From Candidatus Zixiibacteriota bacterium (GTDB lineage Bacteria; Zixibacteria; MSB-5A5; GN15; FEB-12): DNA of 21,964 nucleotides. Under the pieces are notes generated by a model that saw nothing but the letters and a program-made list of their open reading frames with translations, was not told the origin of the DNA and searched no databases. The stretch lies in NCBI GenBank assembly GCA_041742355.1, contig JBGSIV010000136.1, forward strand, positions 1-21,964. Direction: 5' to 3'. This document shows positions 8,091-18,235 of the stretch, piece after piece; the stretch's first letter is position 1; every line of letters starts with the position of its first letter. The position numbers and the translations under genes were made by a program.

Positions 8091-9863
8091 ATGACCATGG
8101 TAAACACAGAGCCACAGAACAACCCGCGGAGCCGCTTGTCCACCGTTACGAAATACCTGCGCAAGTACCGCTGGTATCTCTTCTGGGGCCTCCTCGCCAC
8201 CGTGGTCTCCGACCTCCTCATGATGTACACGCCGCGCCTCACCGGCATGATCATCGATGCGATCGAGCAGAACCGGGACCCCGCCTACATCGGCAAGCTT
8301 GCCGCCGCCATCCTCACGCTGACCGCTCTCTCCGGTGTGTTCATGTTCTTCATGCGCCGGACCATCATCTGGATGTCGCGGTATCTCGAATTCGACCTGC
8401 GCGAAGAAATGTTCAACCACCTGCTGCGCCTCACACCGACCTACTACCACAACACCCGCACGGGCGACGTCATGGCGGCGATGACCAACGACCTCGAGGC
8501 GGTGCGCATGATGGCCGGCCCGGGGATTATGTACACGGCCAACGCCGCCACCAGCCTGGTCATCGGCCTCAGTATGATGATCTCGCTCTCGCCCATGCTC
8601 ACCCTGTGGTCGCTGCTGCCGCTGATTATTCTGCCCTTTGCCGTCCACCGGGTCGGCACCATGATCCACAAGCGAAACGCGAAAATTCAGGACCACTTCG
8701 GCGCGCTCACCGCTGCGGCGCAGGAAAACATCGCCGGAATGCGCGTGATCAAGGCCTATGCTCAGGAAACGGCCGAAATAGAGAATTTCCGCAAGACCTC
8801 CGAGGCGTATATCGGCCTCAATATGAGCCTCGCCCGCGTGCAGGGATTGTTCATGCCCCTCATGCGGCTGCTCGCCGCGGCCTCTTACCTCGTCGTCATC
8901 TATATCGGCGGTATGTCCGTCATCAAGGGCACCGAAAACCTCGGTACGGTGGTCGCTCTGTTCGGCTACCTTGCGCTGCTCACCTGGCCGGTGATCGCGG
9001 TCGGCTGGGTGGTGTCGCTTTACCAGCGCGGCACCGCCTCACTCGACCGGATCAATCGCCTGCTGCATACGCAGCCGGCGGTGGCCGATAACGGCTCGAC
9101 AGCCGCAGTCGGACCAGTCAAGGGACGGATCGAATTTCGCGGCCTGCGCTTCTCGTATGACAGCCGCCCGGTGCTCGACGGTATCGACCTCGTGATCGAA
9201 CCCGGCCAGACGGTCGGCCTGCTCGGCCTCACCGGTTCGGGCAAGACAACCCTCGTCAACCTGCTCACCCGGCTGCACCCGGTCGGGAGGGGCATGATCT
9301 ATATCGACGGCCTGGACATCAACGACTGGCCCCTGCAACACCTCCGCCGCCACATCGGCTTTGCCACCCAGGAGCCGTTCCTCTTCTCCAACACGATCGC
9401 CGAGAATATCCGTTTCGGCCGGCCCGAGGCCGACCTCGACGCGGTGGCGAAGGCCGGACTCATGGCCGCCCTTGAAAAAGACGTGAAGGATTTCCCCAAC
9501 GGCTACGAAACGATGGTTGGCGAACGGGGCATTACCCTCTCCGGCGGCCAGAAACAACGCACCGCCATTGCCCGGGCCATTCTCGTGAACCCGACTGTTC
9601 TCATCCTCGACGACGCCACGAGCGCGGTTGACACCGAAACCGAACACGAAATCAATCAGCGGATCAAAGAGGTTCTGGCCGGTCGTACCTCGATCATCAT
9701 TTCGCACCGCGTATCTTCGGTCAAGGATGCCGACCTCATCGTCTGCCTGGCCGACGGACGGATTATCGAGCGCGGAGATCACGATGCCCTCATGGCCCGC
9801 AACGGCTTCTACGCCAACCTCTACCGCTCGCAACTGCTCGAGAAGAGACTGGAGGCGCTGTGA
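8091..9863 (+). CDS. ABC exporter half-transporter (TMD+NBD), MdlA/YheI-like
   Basis: Six-TM-type TMD, TGDVMA..TND, Walker A GLTGSGKT, LSGGQKQR, Walker B ILDD (non-canonical), SHR. Start may be ATG 8097. Confidence 0.93.
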   Translation: MTMVNTEPQNNPRSRLSTVTKYLRKYRWYLFWGLLATVVSDLLMMYTPRLTGMIIDAIEQNRDPAYIGKLAAAILTLTALSGVFMFFMRRTIIWMSRYLEFDLREEMFNHLLRLTPTYYHNTRTGDVMAAMTNDLEAVRMMAGPGIMYTANAATSLVIGLSMMISLSPMLTLWSLLPLIILPFAVHRVGTMIHKRNAKIQDHFGALTAAAQENIAGMRVIKAYAQETAEIENFRKTSEAYIGLNMSLARVQGLFMPLMRLLAAASYLVVIYIGGMSVIKGTENLGTVVALFGYLALLTWPVIAVGWVVSLYQRGTASLDRINRLLHTQPAVADNGSTAAVGPVKGRIEFRGLRFSYDSRPVLDGIDLVIEPGQTVGLLGLTGSGKTTLVNLLTRLHPVGRGMIYIDGLDINDWPLQHLRRHIGFATQEPFLFSNTIAENIRFGRPEADLDAVAKAGLMAALEKDVKDFPNGYETMVGERGITLSGGQKQRTAIARAILVNPTVLILDDATSAVDTETEHEINQRIKEVLAGRTSIIISHRVSSVKDADLIVCLADGRIIERGDHDALMARNGFYANLYRSQLLEKRLEAL

Positions 9864-11671
9864 GCGATGCCCGCTCGTTCCATGACGAAGAGGCGTTGGG
9901 AAAAGCCTACGATTCCCGCCTCATGCGCCGCCTTCTGAAGTACATGCGCCCCTACCGCGCCCTGGTCGTCGGCGCGGTCCTCATGATCCTGCTCGCCGCC
10001 GTCATGCAGATTTCGCTGGCCAAAGTCACGCAGTGGGCAATCGACGATTTCATCTCCGCCGGACGGCTCGAGGGGTTCCCCATGGTCGGGTTGGTCTACC
10101 TCGCGGCGATCATCGGCATCCTGATCTTTACCTGGGGCCAGATCATGACGACCGTAAAGCTCGGGCAGAATGTCCAGCATGACCTCCGCATGGAGGTGTT
10201 CGAGCACCTCCAGAGACTCCACCTCGGCTTCTTCGACCGCAACCCGGTCGGACGGCTGGTGACCCGCGTCACCAACGACATCAACACCCTCAACGAGTTG
10301 TTCGGCACGGCCGTGGTGGCGGTGATCGGCGACGTCTTCATGATCGTGCTCATTGTCGGGTTCATGCTCTACATGAATCTCGACTTGGCCCTGATCACGT
10401 TCGTGGTCGTGCCTATTCTGGTGGTGGCGACATTTGTCTTTCGCGCCCGGGCGCGCGAAGCCTACCGCCAGACCCGCCTGAAGCTGGCTCGCATTAACTC
10501 TTTCCTCCAGGAGCACGTCACCGGTATGCCGGTCGTCCAGCTCTTCACCCAGGAGAAACGCGCGGCCAAGGAGTTCGACACCATCAACCAAGACCTGCGC
10601 GGCGCCAACCTCCGCTCGGTGATCTACTACGCCGTCTTCTTCCCGGTCGTCGAAATCATCGGCGCCCTGTCGCTCGCACTGGTGCTCTACTACGGTGGCG
10701 TTCGCGTGCTCAGCGACTCGATGAGCCTCGGCCAGCTCACCGCCTTCATTCTCCTGGTCGAGCGATTCTACCAGCCGATACGCGACCTCTCCGAGAAGTA
10801 CAACATCCTGCAGTCATCTATGGCCTCATCTGAACGGATCTTCCGCCTGCTCGACACCGAACCGCAGATTGTCGATTCCCCCCGGCCGAAACACATCGAG
10901 CAGTTCGGCGGCCGGATCGATTTCGAGAATGTCTGGTTCGCCTACAAGGACGAAGACTGGGTGATCAAGGACCTGTCGTTCTCGGTGGAGCCGGGAGAAC
11001 GCGTCGCCGTAGTCGGTGCCACCGGCGCGGGGAAGACCTCGCTCGTGAATCTGCTCTTCCGTTTCTACGACTACCAGGAGGGGACCATCCGCATCGACGG
11101 GTGCGACATCAAAGACCTGGATACGGACCACTTGCGCTCCCATCTCGGCCTGGTCCTGCAGGATGTCTTCCTCTTCTCGGGCGACTACGCCACCAATGTC
11201 CGCCTGCGCAATGAGAAGATCACCGACGACGAAGTGCTCCAGGCGCTCTCGCGGGTCGGTTTTGACCGGTTCCTCAAACACCTTCCCGACGGAATCCACA
11301 CCGAGGTAAAGGAGCGCGGCGCGACCCTCTCGACCGGTCAGAAGCAGTTGCTTTCGTTTGCGCGGGCGCTCGCCTTCGATCCGGGGATCCTCATCCTCGA
11401 TGAGGCCACGAGTTCGGTCGATACCGAGACCGAACAGCTTATCCAGCAGGCGCTGGAAGAACTGCTCAAGGGACGCACCTCGATCATCATTGCCCACCGC
11501 CTGTCGACCATTGAAAAGGCGGACAAGATCCTCGTCCTGCACCATGGCCGCCTGCGCGAAATGGGCAAACACGAAGAGCTCTTGAATAACGGCGGGATTT
11601 ACCGTACCTTGTACGAAATGCAGTACCGGCAAAAGGCTATCGGCGCGCCCTCGCAGCCCGCACCAAAGTGA
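9860..11671 (+). CDS. ABC exporter half-transporter (TMD+NBD), MdlB/YheH-like
   Basis: EEALGKAYD N-terminus, PVGRLVTRVTND, GATGAGKT, LSTGQKQL, ILDEATS, AHR. GTG start overlaps the upstream TGA (GTGA), with a GGAGG SD. Confidence 0.93.
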   Translation: MSDARSFHDEEALGKAYDSRLMRRLLKYMRPYRALVVGAVLMILLAAVMQISLAKVTQWAIDDFISAGRLEGFPMVGLVYLAAIIGILIFTWGQIMTTVKLGQNVQHDLRMEVFEHLQRLHLGFFDRNPVGRLVTRVTNDINTLNELFGTAVVAVIGDVFMIVLIVGFMLYMNLDLALITFVVVPILVVATFVFRARAREAYRQTRLKLARINSFLQEHVTGMPVVQLFTQEKRAAKEFDTINQDLRGANLRSVIYYAVFFPVVEIIGALSLALVLYYGGVRVLSDSMSLGQLTAFILLVERFYQPIRDLSEKYNILQSSMASSERIFRLLDTEPQIVDSPRPKHIEQFGGRIDFENVWFAYKDEDWVIKDLSFSVEPGERVAVVGATGAGKTSLVNLLFRFYDYQEGTIRIDGCDIKDLDTDHLRSHLGLVLQDVFLFSGDYATNVRLRNEKITDDEVLQALSRVGFDRFLKHLPDGIHTEVKERGATLSTGQKQLLSFARALAFDPGILILDEATSSVDTETEQLIQQALEELLKGRTSIIIAHRLSTIEKADKILVLHHGRLREMGKHEELLNNGGIYRTLYEMQYRQKAIGAPSQPAPK

Positions 11672-11675
11672 GACC

Positions 11676-12473
11676 GTGGAACTATCGAAGAAACACCTGG
11701 ACTCGTTCCTGAAGTTCGCCCGGGAAACAGCCCATCAGGCGGGCGATATCCTCAAGAAGAACTTCAGCGCCACGCACCGGGTGACCTATAAGGGGCGAAT
11801 CGACCCGGTTACCGAAGCCGATGTCAGATCCGAGAAGTTCATCACCGGACGGATCCGCAAGGCTTTCCCCGATCACACGCTTCTCGCCGAAGAAGGCACC
11901 GGCGCGGGGGAGAGATCCGAATTCCGCTGGGTTATCGACCCGCTCGACGGCACCGTCAACTACGCCCACGGCTTCCCGATCTACTGCGTGTCAATCGCCC
12001 TGGAGTACCAGGGGTATCCCATCGTCGGCGCCGTGTACGACCCCGAACGGCAGGAACTGTTCCATGGCGCGCGCGGCCTCGGTGCATTCCTGAACAAAAC
12101 CCGCCTCAAGGTCTCGGGAGAAACAGCCCTCGAACGCGCGCTCCTCGCGACCGGTTTCGGCTATAATGTCGCCACCGCCCGCCGCAATAACCTCGGCTAC
12201 TTCGCCCGCATGGTCAAAAGCGCCCAGGCCGTGCGCCGCCCCGGCTCGGCCGCCCTCGATCTGTGCTGGCTCGCCGCGGGAAGGGTCGACGGCTTCTGGG
12301 AACTCTACCTCCACCCCTGGGACACCGCCGCCGCAGTCGTCTTCGTCGAGGAGGCCGGTGGGATCGTCACCCAGATGAATGGCCGCCCATACTCCATCTT
12401 CCACAACTCGCTCCTTGCCGCAGCGAATCCCGTCCTGCACTCCGCGATGCGCAGGGCCTTGGCCGGGAAGTAG
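11676..12473 (+). CDS. suhB: Inositol monophosphatase family protein
   Basis: VTEAD, AEE, WVIDPLDGTVNY, RRPGSAALDLC, PWDTAA; GTG start. Confidence 0.92.
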   Translation: MELSKKHLDSFLKFARETAHQAGDILKKNFSATHRVTYKGRIDPVTEADVRSEKFITGRIRKAFPDHTLLAEEGTGAGERSEFRWVIDPLDGTVNYAHGFPIYCVSIALEYQGYPIVGAVYDPERQELFHGARGLGAFLNKTRLKVSGETALERALLATGFGYNVATARRNNLGYFARMVKSAQAVRRPGSAALDLCWLAAGRVDGFWELYLHPWDTAAAVVFVEEAGGIVTQMNGRPYSIFHNSLLAAANPVLHSAMRRALAGK

Positions 12474-12511
12474 GTTCCCGTCCTCCATCCCGCTTACGGT
12501 TTCCCTTCGGT

Positions 12512-12550
12512 AAAATAAAACTTGACGGATCTTATTAGTCCGTGTTCCTT
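12512..12550 (+). promoter_or_regulatory. Candidate promoter for the Cys-rich peptide, with UP-like tract and overlapping palindrome
   Basis: AAAATAAAA followed by TTGACG(12522-12527), with only a weak -10 at N17. ACGGA-N9-TCCGT inverted repeat at 12525-12543. Confidence 0.4.
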
Positions 12551-12583
12551 GAGCGCAGCAATCCCATGGAAGGAGGTGATTCG

Positions 12584-12808
12584 ATGCGCAAGCTTATCGT
12601 AACGGCTCTTGCCGTGTTTGCTCTGGGCGTGGGTTTTGGCCTTGCCACAGACCAGGCAGCGGCGGCGAAACCGGGCGGCGGCGGCAGCTCCAACTGCTAC
12701 TACTTCTGCACGTGTGACGGCACGCCGATGAAGTGCTGTGTTTACAGCGGCCAAACCTACTGCTTCCCGACAAACGAGATCCAGTGCACGCAGGGCTACA
12801 ACTGCTAA
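12584..12808 (+). CDS. Small secreted cysteine-rich peptide (74 aa, 8 Cys)
   Basis: Near-perfect SD AAGGAGGTGAT (12570-12580). Sec signal MRKLIVTALAVFALGVGFGLATDQAAA, Gly/Ser linker, then C-x3-C-x-C-x6-CC-x7-C-x7-C-x5-C ending at the stop. Confidence 0.85.
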   Translation: MRKLIVTALAVFALGVGFGLATDQAAAAKPGGGGSSNCYYFCTCDGTPMKCCVYSGQTYCFPTNEIQCTQGYNC

Positions 12809-12847
12809 GCGCCCGAGCGGCGTGATGCACTGATTGCACGAGTCCTC

Positions 12848-12886
12848 TGGCGCCGCCGGAGCAACCTCACCGCACCGGCGGCGCCA
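12848..12886 (+). promoter_or_regulatory. Intergenic GC-rich stem-loop without U-tract (possible mRNA stabiliser or attenuator)
   Basis: TGGCGCCGCCGG(12848-12859)/CCGGCGGCGCCA(12875-12886): perfect 12-bp stem. Confidence 0.6.
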
Positions 12887-12921
12887 TATGCATCAGCACT
12901 ATCTGAATCTAAAGGTTTACC

Positions 12922-13500
12922 ATGGCACCCAACCGCCTCTCGCGCACACTGCGCCACCTGCTCACTGCGGCCGTCGTCATTGCCGCCGGGTTCATCGGCG
13001 TCTATGTCGGTTCTGCCTCCCGCGGCGTCATCGATGAAAAGCCGCCGGCTCTTACCGACATCTTCCCGAACTTCAAACTGACACCGGGCGCGTCTTTCCC
13101 CGATCTGCCGCTGGTCACCGATGAGAACACCGAGGTTTCCAGCCACAGCGTCCTCGGCTCCGAGGGTGCGATAGTCATCTTTGTCGACCTCGGCTGCCCC
13201 CCCTGTGAAGAGCTGACCGGGAAATTCCAGGCTCTGATTGATGCCGGCGGTCTCCGCACTGACCAAATCGTGGGTATCGGCCCGACCACCCCGGTCGACT
13301 ACCTCAGCGGCTTCAACACGACCTACGGCCTTACCTTCCCCATTTACAGTGATACCGGCGCCCGGTTCATGCATGAGTACGGCGTCCAGGGCTACCCGAT
13401 CATGGTAGTAGTAGGCCCGGACCACCGCATCCGCCATGCCCTCGGCGATTCCCGCACGCCGATCGACGCCGAAATGGTCGCCGCCTGGCTGAAGCTGTAA
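12922..13500 (+). CDS. Membrane-anchored thioredoxin-fold protein (TlpA/ResA/AhpC-TSA redoxin family)
   Basis: N-terminal TM helix, PGASFPDLPL, IVIFVDLGCPPC active site, LTFPIYSD, YGVQGYP cis-Pro loop. Confidence 0.85.
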   Translation: MAPNRLSRTLRHLLTAAVVIAAGFIGVYVGSASRGVIDEKPPALTDIFPNFKLTPGASFPDLPLVTDENTEVSSHSVLGSEGAIVIFVDLGCPPCEELTGKFQALIDAGGLRTDQIVGIGPTTPVDYLSGFNTTYGLTFPIYSDTGARFMHEYGVQGYPIMVVVGPDHRIRHALGDSRTPIDAEMVAAWLKL

Positions 13501-13634
13501 CTCCTGCCCCACCTATGCTCCGCGAAGTCCCGGGGGGAACATCCTTCCCCTCCCCCTGTTCTTGTCTTGCATACGGCAGCATGTTGTATTACCCTCATAC
13601 TGCAAATCGAAGCAAAAAATACCTGGTAGGAGCC

Positions 13635-14993
13635 ATGCCTCAGGACAAACTTATCAAGTCCACTTCCGGTATTCGCGGCATTATCGGTCCTGGCCTCGAT
13701 CCGGTGCTGGTCACCCAGTACGCCGCCGCATTCGGGACTTTCCTCAAACGCGGCACCGTGGTCGTTGGGCGCGACAGCCGCCCCTCGGGCGAGATGTTCA
13801 TGCGTTCGGTGGTGGCCGGGCTGGTTTCGGTCGGCATCGATGTCATCGAAATTGGCGTCGTTCCCACCCCGACAGTGGAAATCGCGGTGAAAGAACTGAA
13901 GGCCGCCGGCGGCATCTGCCTCACCGCTTCCCACAACCCCGCTCCATGGAATGCCCTCAAATTCTTCAACAAAACGGGGGAGTTCATAACGCTGGACCAG
14001 TACCGCGAACTCGACCGGATCTTCACCGCAGGGAAGTATAACTTCCAGCCGCACAATAAAATCGGTTCCATTCGCCACCAGGACACATGGGTACGGGAGC
14101 ATATTAAGAAGACCCTCGCGGTGGAATTCGTCAACCGCAGGGCAATAAAGAGCCGGAAGTTCAAAGTCGTGGTCGACGCTATCAACGGCGCTGGCTCTTT
14201 TGCTGTCCCGGCCCTCCTGCGAGAACTCGGGGTGACGGTGATAGAAGTTAACTGTAAGGGAGACGGTGATTTCGTCCATGAACCGGAGCCTATACCGAAG
14301 AACCTCTGCCAGCTCGGTGAAGCGGTCAAATCGCGAAAAGCCGATATCGGCTTCGCGGTGGACCCCGACGCTGACCGTTTGGCGCTCGTCGATGAACACG
14401 GAGAGCCTGTCGGAGAAGAGCTTACGCTCGCAATTGCGGTCCGCCAGGTCCTCTCCACGAAGAAGGGTCCGGTGGTCATCAACCTCTCCACGTCCAAAGT
14501 GACCGAGACCGTTGCCCGGCAGAAGGGCGCCACGGTTCACTATGCCAAGGTCGGCGAGGCCAACGTGGTCCAAATGATGCGCGAGAAGAAGGCTCTGGTC
14601 GGCGGCGAAGGCAACGGCGGAGTCATCCTTCCTTCGTTCCATGCCGGCCGGGACTCGCTGATAGCCGCCGCGCTCGTCCTTTCGCGGCTGGCTGAGGAGA
14701 ACGTGGAGCTTTCAAGCCTTGTAAAGTCCCTGCCGACCTATTATACTAAGAAGAGTAAGGCTCCTCTCCCTGCCGATTTCGCCGACCGCCTGCAGCGTTT
14801 CGAAGCCGAAGCCGGCACCCTGCTCGGCGAAACGACTGCGGACAAGCGGGACGGCATCCGGTTCGACTTTCCTGGCGGCTGGGTGCAGATTCGTTCATCG
14901 AACACGGAGCCGATCTTCCGTGTTATTGTAGAAACAGAAAGTAAACAGGCTACCGATCGCCTCGTCAGCAAGGTGATGGCGTATTTCAGGTAA
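13635..14993 (+). CDS. glmM: Phosphoglucosamine mutase (alpha-D-phosphohexomutase family)
   Basis: SGIRG, GRDSR, PTPT, TASHNP, DPDADR, GEGNGG, RSSNTEP. AGGAG SD before ATG 13635; adjacent to glmS. Confidence 0.88.
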   Translation: MPQDKLIKSTSGIRGIIGPGLDPVLVTQYAAAFGTFLKRGTVVVGRDSRPSGEMFMRSVVAGLVSVGIDVIEIGVVPTPTVEIAVKELKAAGGICLTASHNPAPWNALKFFNKTGEFITLDQYRELDRIFTAGKYNFQPHNKIGSIRHQDTWVREHIKKTLAVEFVNRRAIKSRKFKVVVDAINGAGSFAVPALLRELGVTVIEVNCKGDGDFVHEPEPIPKNLCQLGEAVKSRKADIGFAVDPDADRLALVDEHGEPVGEELTLAIAVRQVLSTKKGPVVINLSTSKVTETVARQKGATVHYAKVGEANVVQMMREKKALVGGEGNGGVILPSFHAGRDSLIAAALVLSRLAEENVELSSLVKSLPTYYTKKSKAPLPADFADRLQRFEAEAGTLLGETTADKRDGIRFDFPGGWVQIRSSNTEPIFRVIVETESKQATDRLVSKVMAYFR

Positions 14994-15008
14994 GCAAGGA
15001 TAAGTCAT

Positions 15009-16835
<1,827 letters not shown>

Positions 16836-16864
16836 CCCCCGAGCATTCGGAGCAGATTTTGCAG

Positions 16865-16896
16865 AGAAACGGCGCCGGGAAGGCGCCGTTTCTTTA
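16865..16896 (+). terminator. Rho-independent terminator after glmS
   Basis: AGAAACGGCGCC-gggaa-GGCGCCGTTTCT followed by TT. Confidence 0.85.
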
Positions 16897-16985
16897 TCCC
16901 CTTGCCAAATCGGGCATTTCGACTAATTTGTAGCCCAACACCGGGGCCCGGCCCCACCCTTGAAACCGACACCGACTAAAGAGCC

Positions 16986-17237
16986 ATGCGAGACTGGATC
17001 GTACAGACCCGACAACGCCACCCGATCACCTTCTGGATCACCCTGATCCTCCTGATCTTCCCCGCCCTCATGGGAATCTACGAGGGAGTCCTGGTCGGGC
17101 TTTTCTGGGTCTACTGGAAGATGGTCGGCGGCATGTCCGAACAGACGATCGATATAACCGCCTATACTCTCATCTGTGTCGGCATCGTCCTGGCCATCCT
17201 GACCACCATTTGGCTCGGCCGCCTCAGGGCACGGTAG
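16986..17237 (+). CDS. Small hypothetical membrane protein (about 2 TM segments)
   Basis: 83 aa with two long hydrophobic stretches and basic ends. Codon usage matches the host genes. Candidate promoter TTGCCA-N16-TAATTT at 16902-16929. Confidence 0.7.
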   Translation: MRDWIVQTRQRHPITFWITLILLIFPALMGIYEGVLVGLFWVYWKMVGGMSEQTIDITAYTLICVGIVLAILTTIWLGRLRAR

Positions 17238-17253
17238 CCGGACCGACTTGTGA

Positions 17254-17282
17254 TTGACCTCCCGGTCCCGAATCTGCATATT
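17254..17282 (+). promoter_or_regulatory. Sigma-70-type promoter for the VOC gene
   Basis: TTGACC(17254-17259)-N17-CATATT(17277-17282). Confidence 0.6.
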
Positions 17283-17323
17283 TATACCCGGCATCAGATG
17301 AGCCTGCAAGCGAAGGAGTCCCC

Positions 17324-17698
17324 ATGGCCAATCCCCTCATGTACCTCGAATTCGGCGCCGCCGATGTGCCGCGCACCGCACGGTTCTTTCGCGATGTATT
17401 CGGCTGGCAGTTCCGCGATATAACCGCCACCCGCTACTCCAGCTTCAGCAGCGGCCCCAGTGGCCTCAGCGGCGGGATTCAGCACCTCGACAAGATCGAA
17501 CCGGGCGGCGGCATGATTCTGTACATCGCAGTCGAAGACATCGAAACGCACTGCAAGTATATCGCCGCCGCGGGGGGGAAGGTAACCAAACCCCGGACGG
17601 AGATTCCCGGCGTGGGCTGGTTCGCGCTGTTTGCCGACCTCGACGGTAACCAGTTCGGGCTGTTCACACAGCACCCCGAGAATGCGAAGCAGTACTGA
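17324..17698 (+). CDS. VOC (glyoxalase/bleomycin resistance) family protein
   Basis: YLEF.A.DV.R..RFF..VFGW, LYIAVEDI, AAGGKV, IPGVGWFALFADLDGNQFGL; AAGGAG SD. Confidence 0.92.
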   Translation: MANPLMYLEFGAADVPRTARFFRDVFGWQFRDITATRYSSFSSGPSGLSGGIQHLDKIEPGGGMILYIAVEDIETHCKYIAAAGGKVTKPRTEIPGVGWFALFADLDGNQFGLFTQHPENAKQY

Positions 17699-17818
17699 GG
17701 GGTATTTCCGGGCTGTCGGGCCGGCTTACGGGCCGGCAGATCCCAATCCGGTGACACAGTTTATCTTCGCGGCTGGCGGTCAACGAAACCCCGGCTGAGT
17801 TGCGTCTTGTTATTGGTT

Positions 17819-18202
17819 ATGAAAAAACAGCCCACACCATCGGGGAGTCCTCCGGCTACCGTGGATGAATATCTGGCCGGATTGCCCGAGGACATTCGAG
17901 ACGCGTTGCAGTCCCTGCGCCAGACTATTCGGGCAGCCGTGCCCGAAGCCGAAGAGAGAATCTCGTACCGAATTCCCGTGTTCAAACTCGGTCGTGACCT
18001 GGTCGGCATCGCCTCGCAGGCAAATCACTGCTCGTTCTACACGATGAGCCCTCCCCTCGTCAAGGCGATGGAAACGGAACTTCAGGATTTCGAGGTGTCC
18101 GGCGCGACGATTCACTTCACTCCCGACAAACCGCTGCCGTCCGCTCTCGTAAAAAAAATCCTGACTGCCAGGGTGAAGGAGCTGTCGAGACCGTCGCAAT
18201 AG
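17819..18202 (+). CDS. DUF1801 / YdhG-like protein
   Basis: TVDEYLA.LP...R..L..LR..I..AVPEAEERISY.IP.F, HCSFY, GATIHF..DKPLP..LVKKI. Confidence 0.88.
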   Translation: MKKQPTPSGSPPATVDEYLAGLPEDIRDALQSLRQTIRAAVPEAEERISYRIPVFKLGRDLVGIASQANHCSFYTMSPPLVKAMETELQDFEVSGATIHFTPDKPLPSALVKKILTARVKELSRPSQ

Positions 18203-18235
18203 CCCTGATCAGGCCGCAAAGCCAGTAACTGACTT

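Noticed and set aside
12542..12583. Upstream starts for the Cys-rich peptide (GTG 12542, ATG 12566)
   Set aside because: The strong SD and the signal peptide n-region both point to ATG 12584.
12584..12808. Peptide as a classical RiPP precursor (double-glycine leader, ranthipeptide, lanthipeptide)
   Set aside because: The leader is a hydrophobic Sec-type signal. No radical SAM, Lan, YcaO or peptidase-containing transporter gene is in the window, and the ABC pair lacks a C39 domain.
13515..13634. N-terminal extension of glmM in the ORF track
   Set aside because: An AGGAG SD precedes ATG 13635 and family similarity starts there; the extension covers the promoter region.
13392..14642. 416 aa and 297 aa minus-strand ORFs
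   Set aside because: They lie antisense to the clear glmM gene and have no domain-like content.
14994..15008. glmS ribozyme
   Set aside because: Only 15 nt separate glmM and glmS, and I recognised no ribozyme core upstream of glmM.
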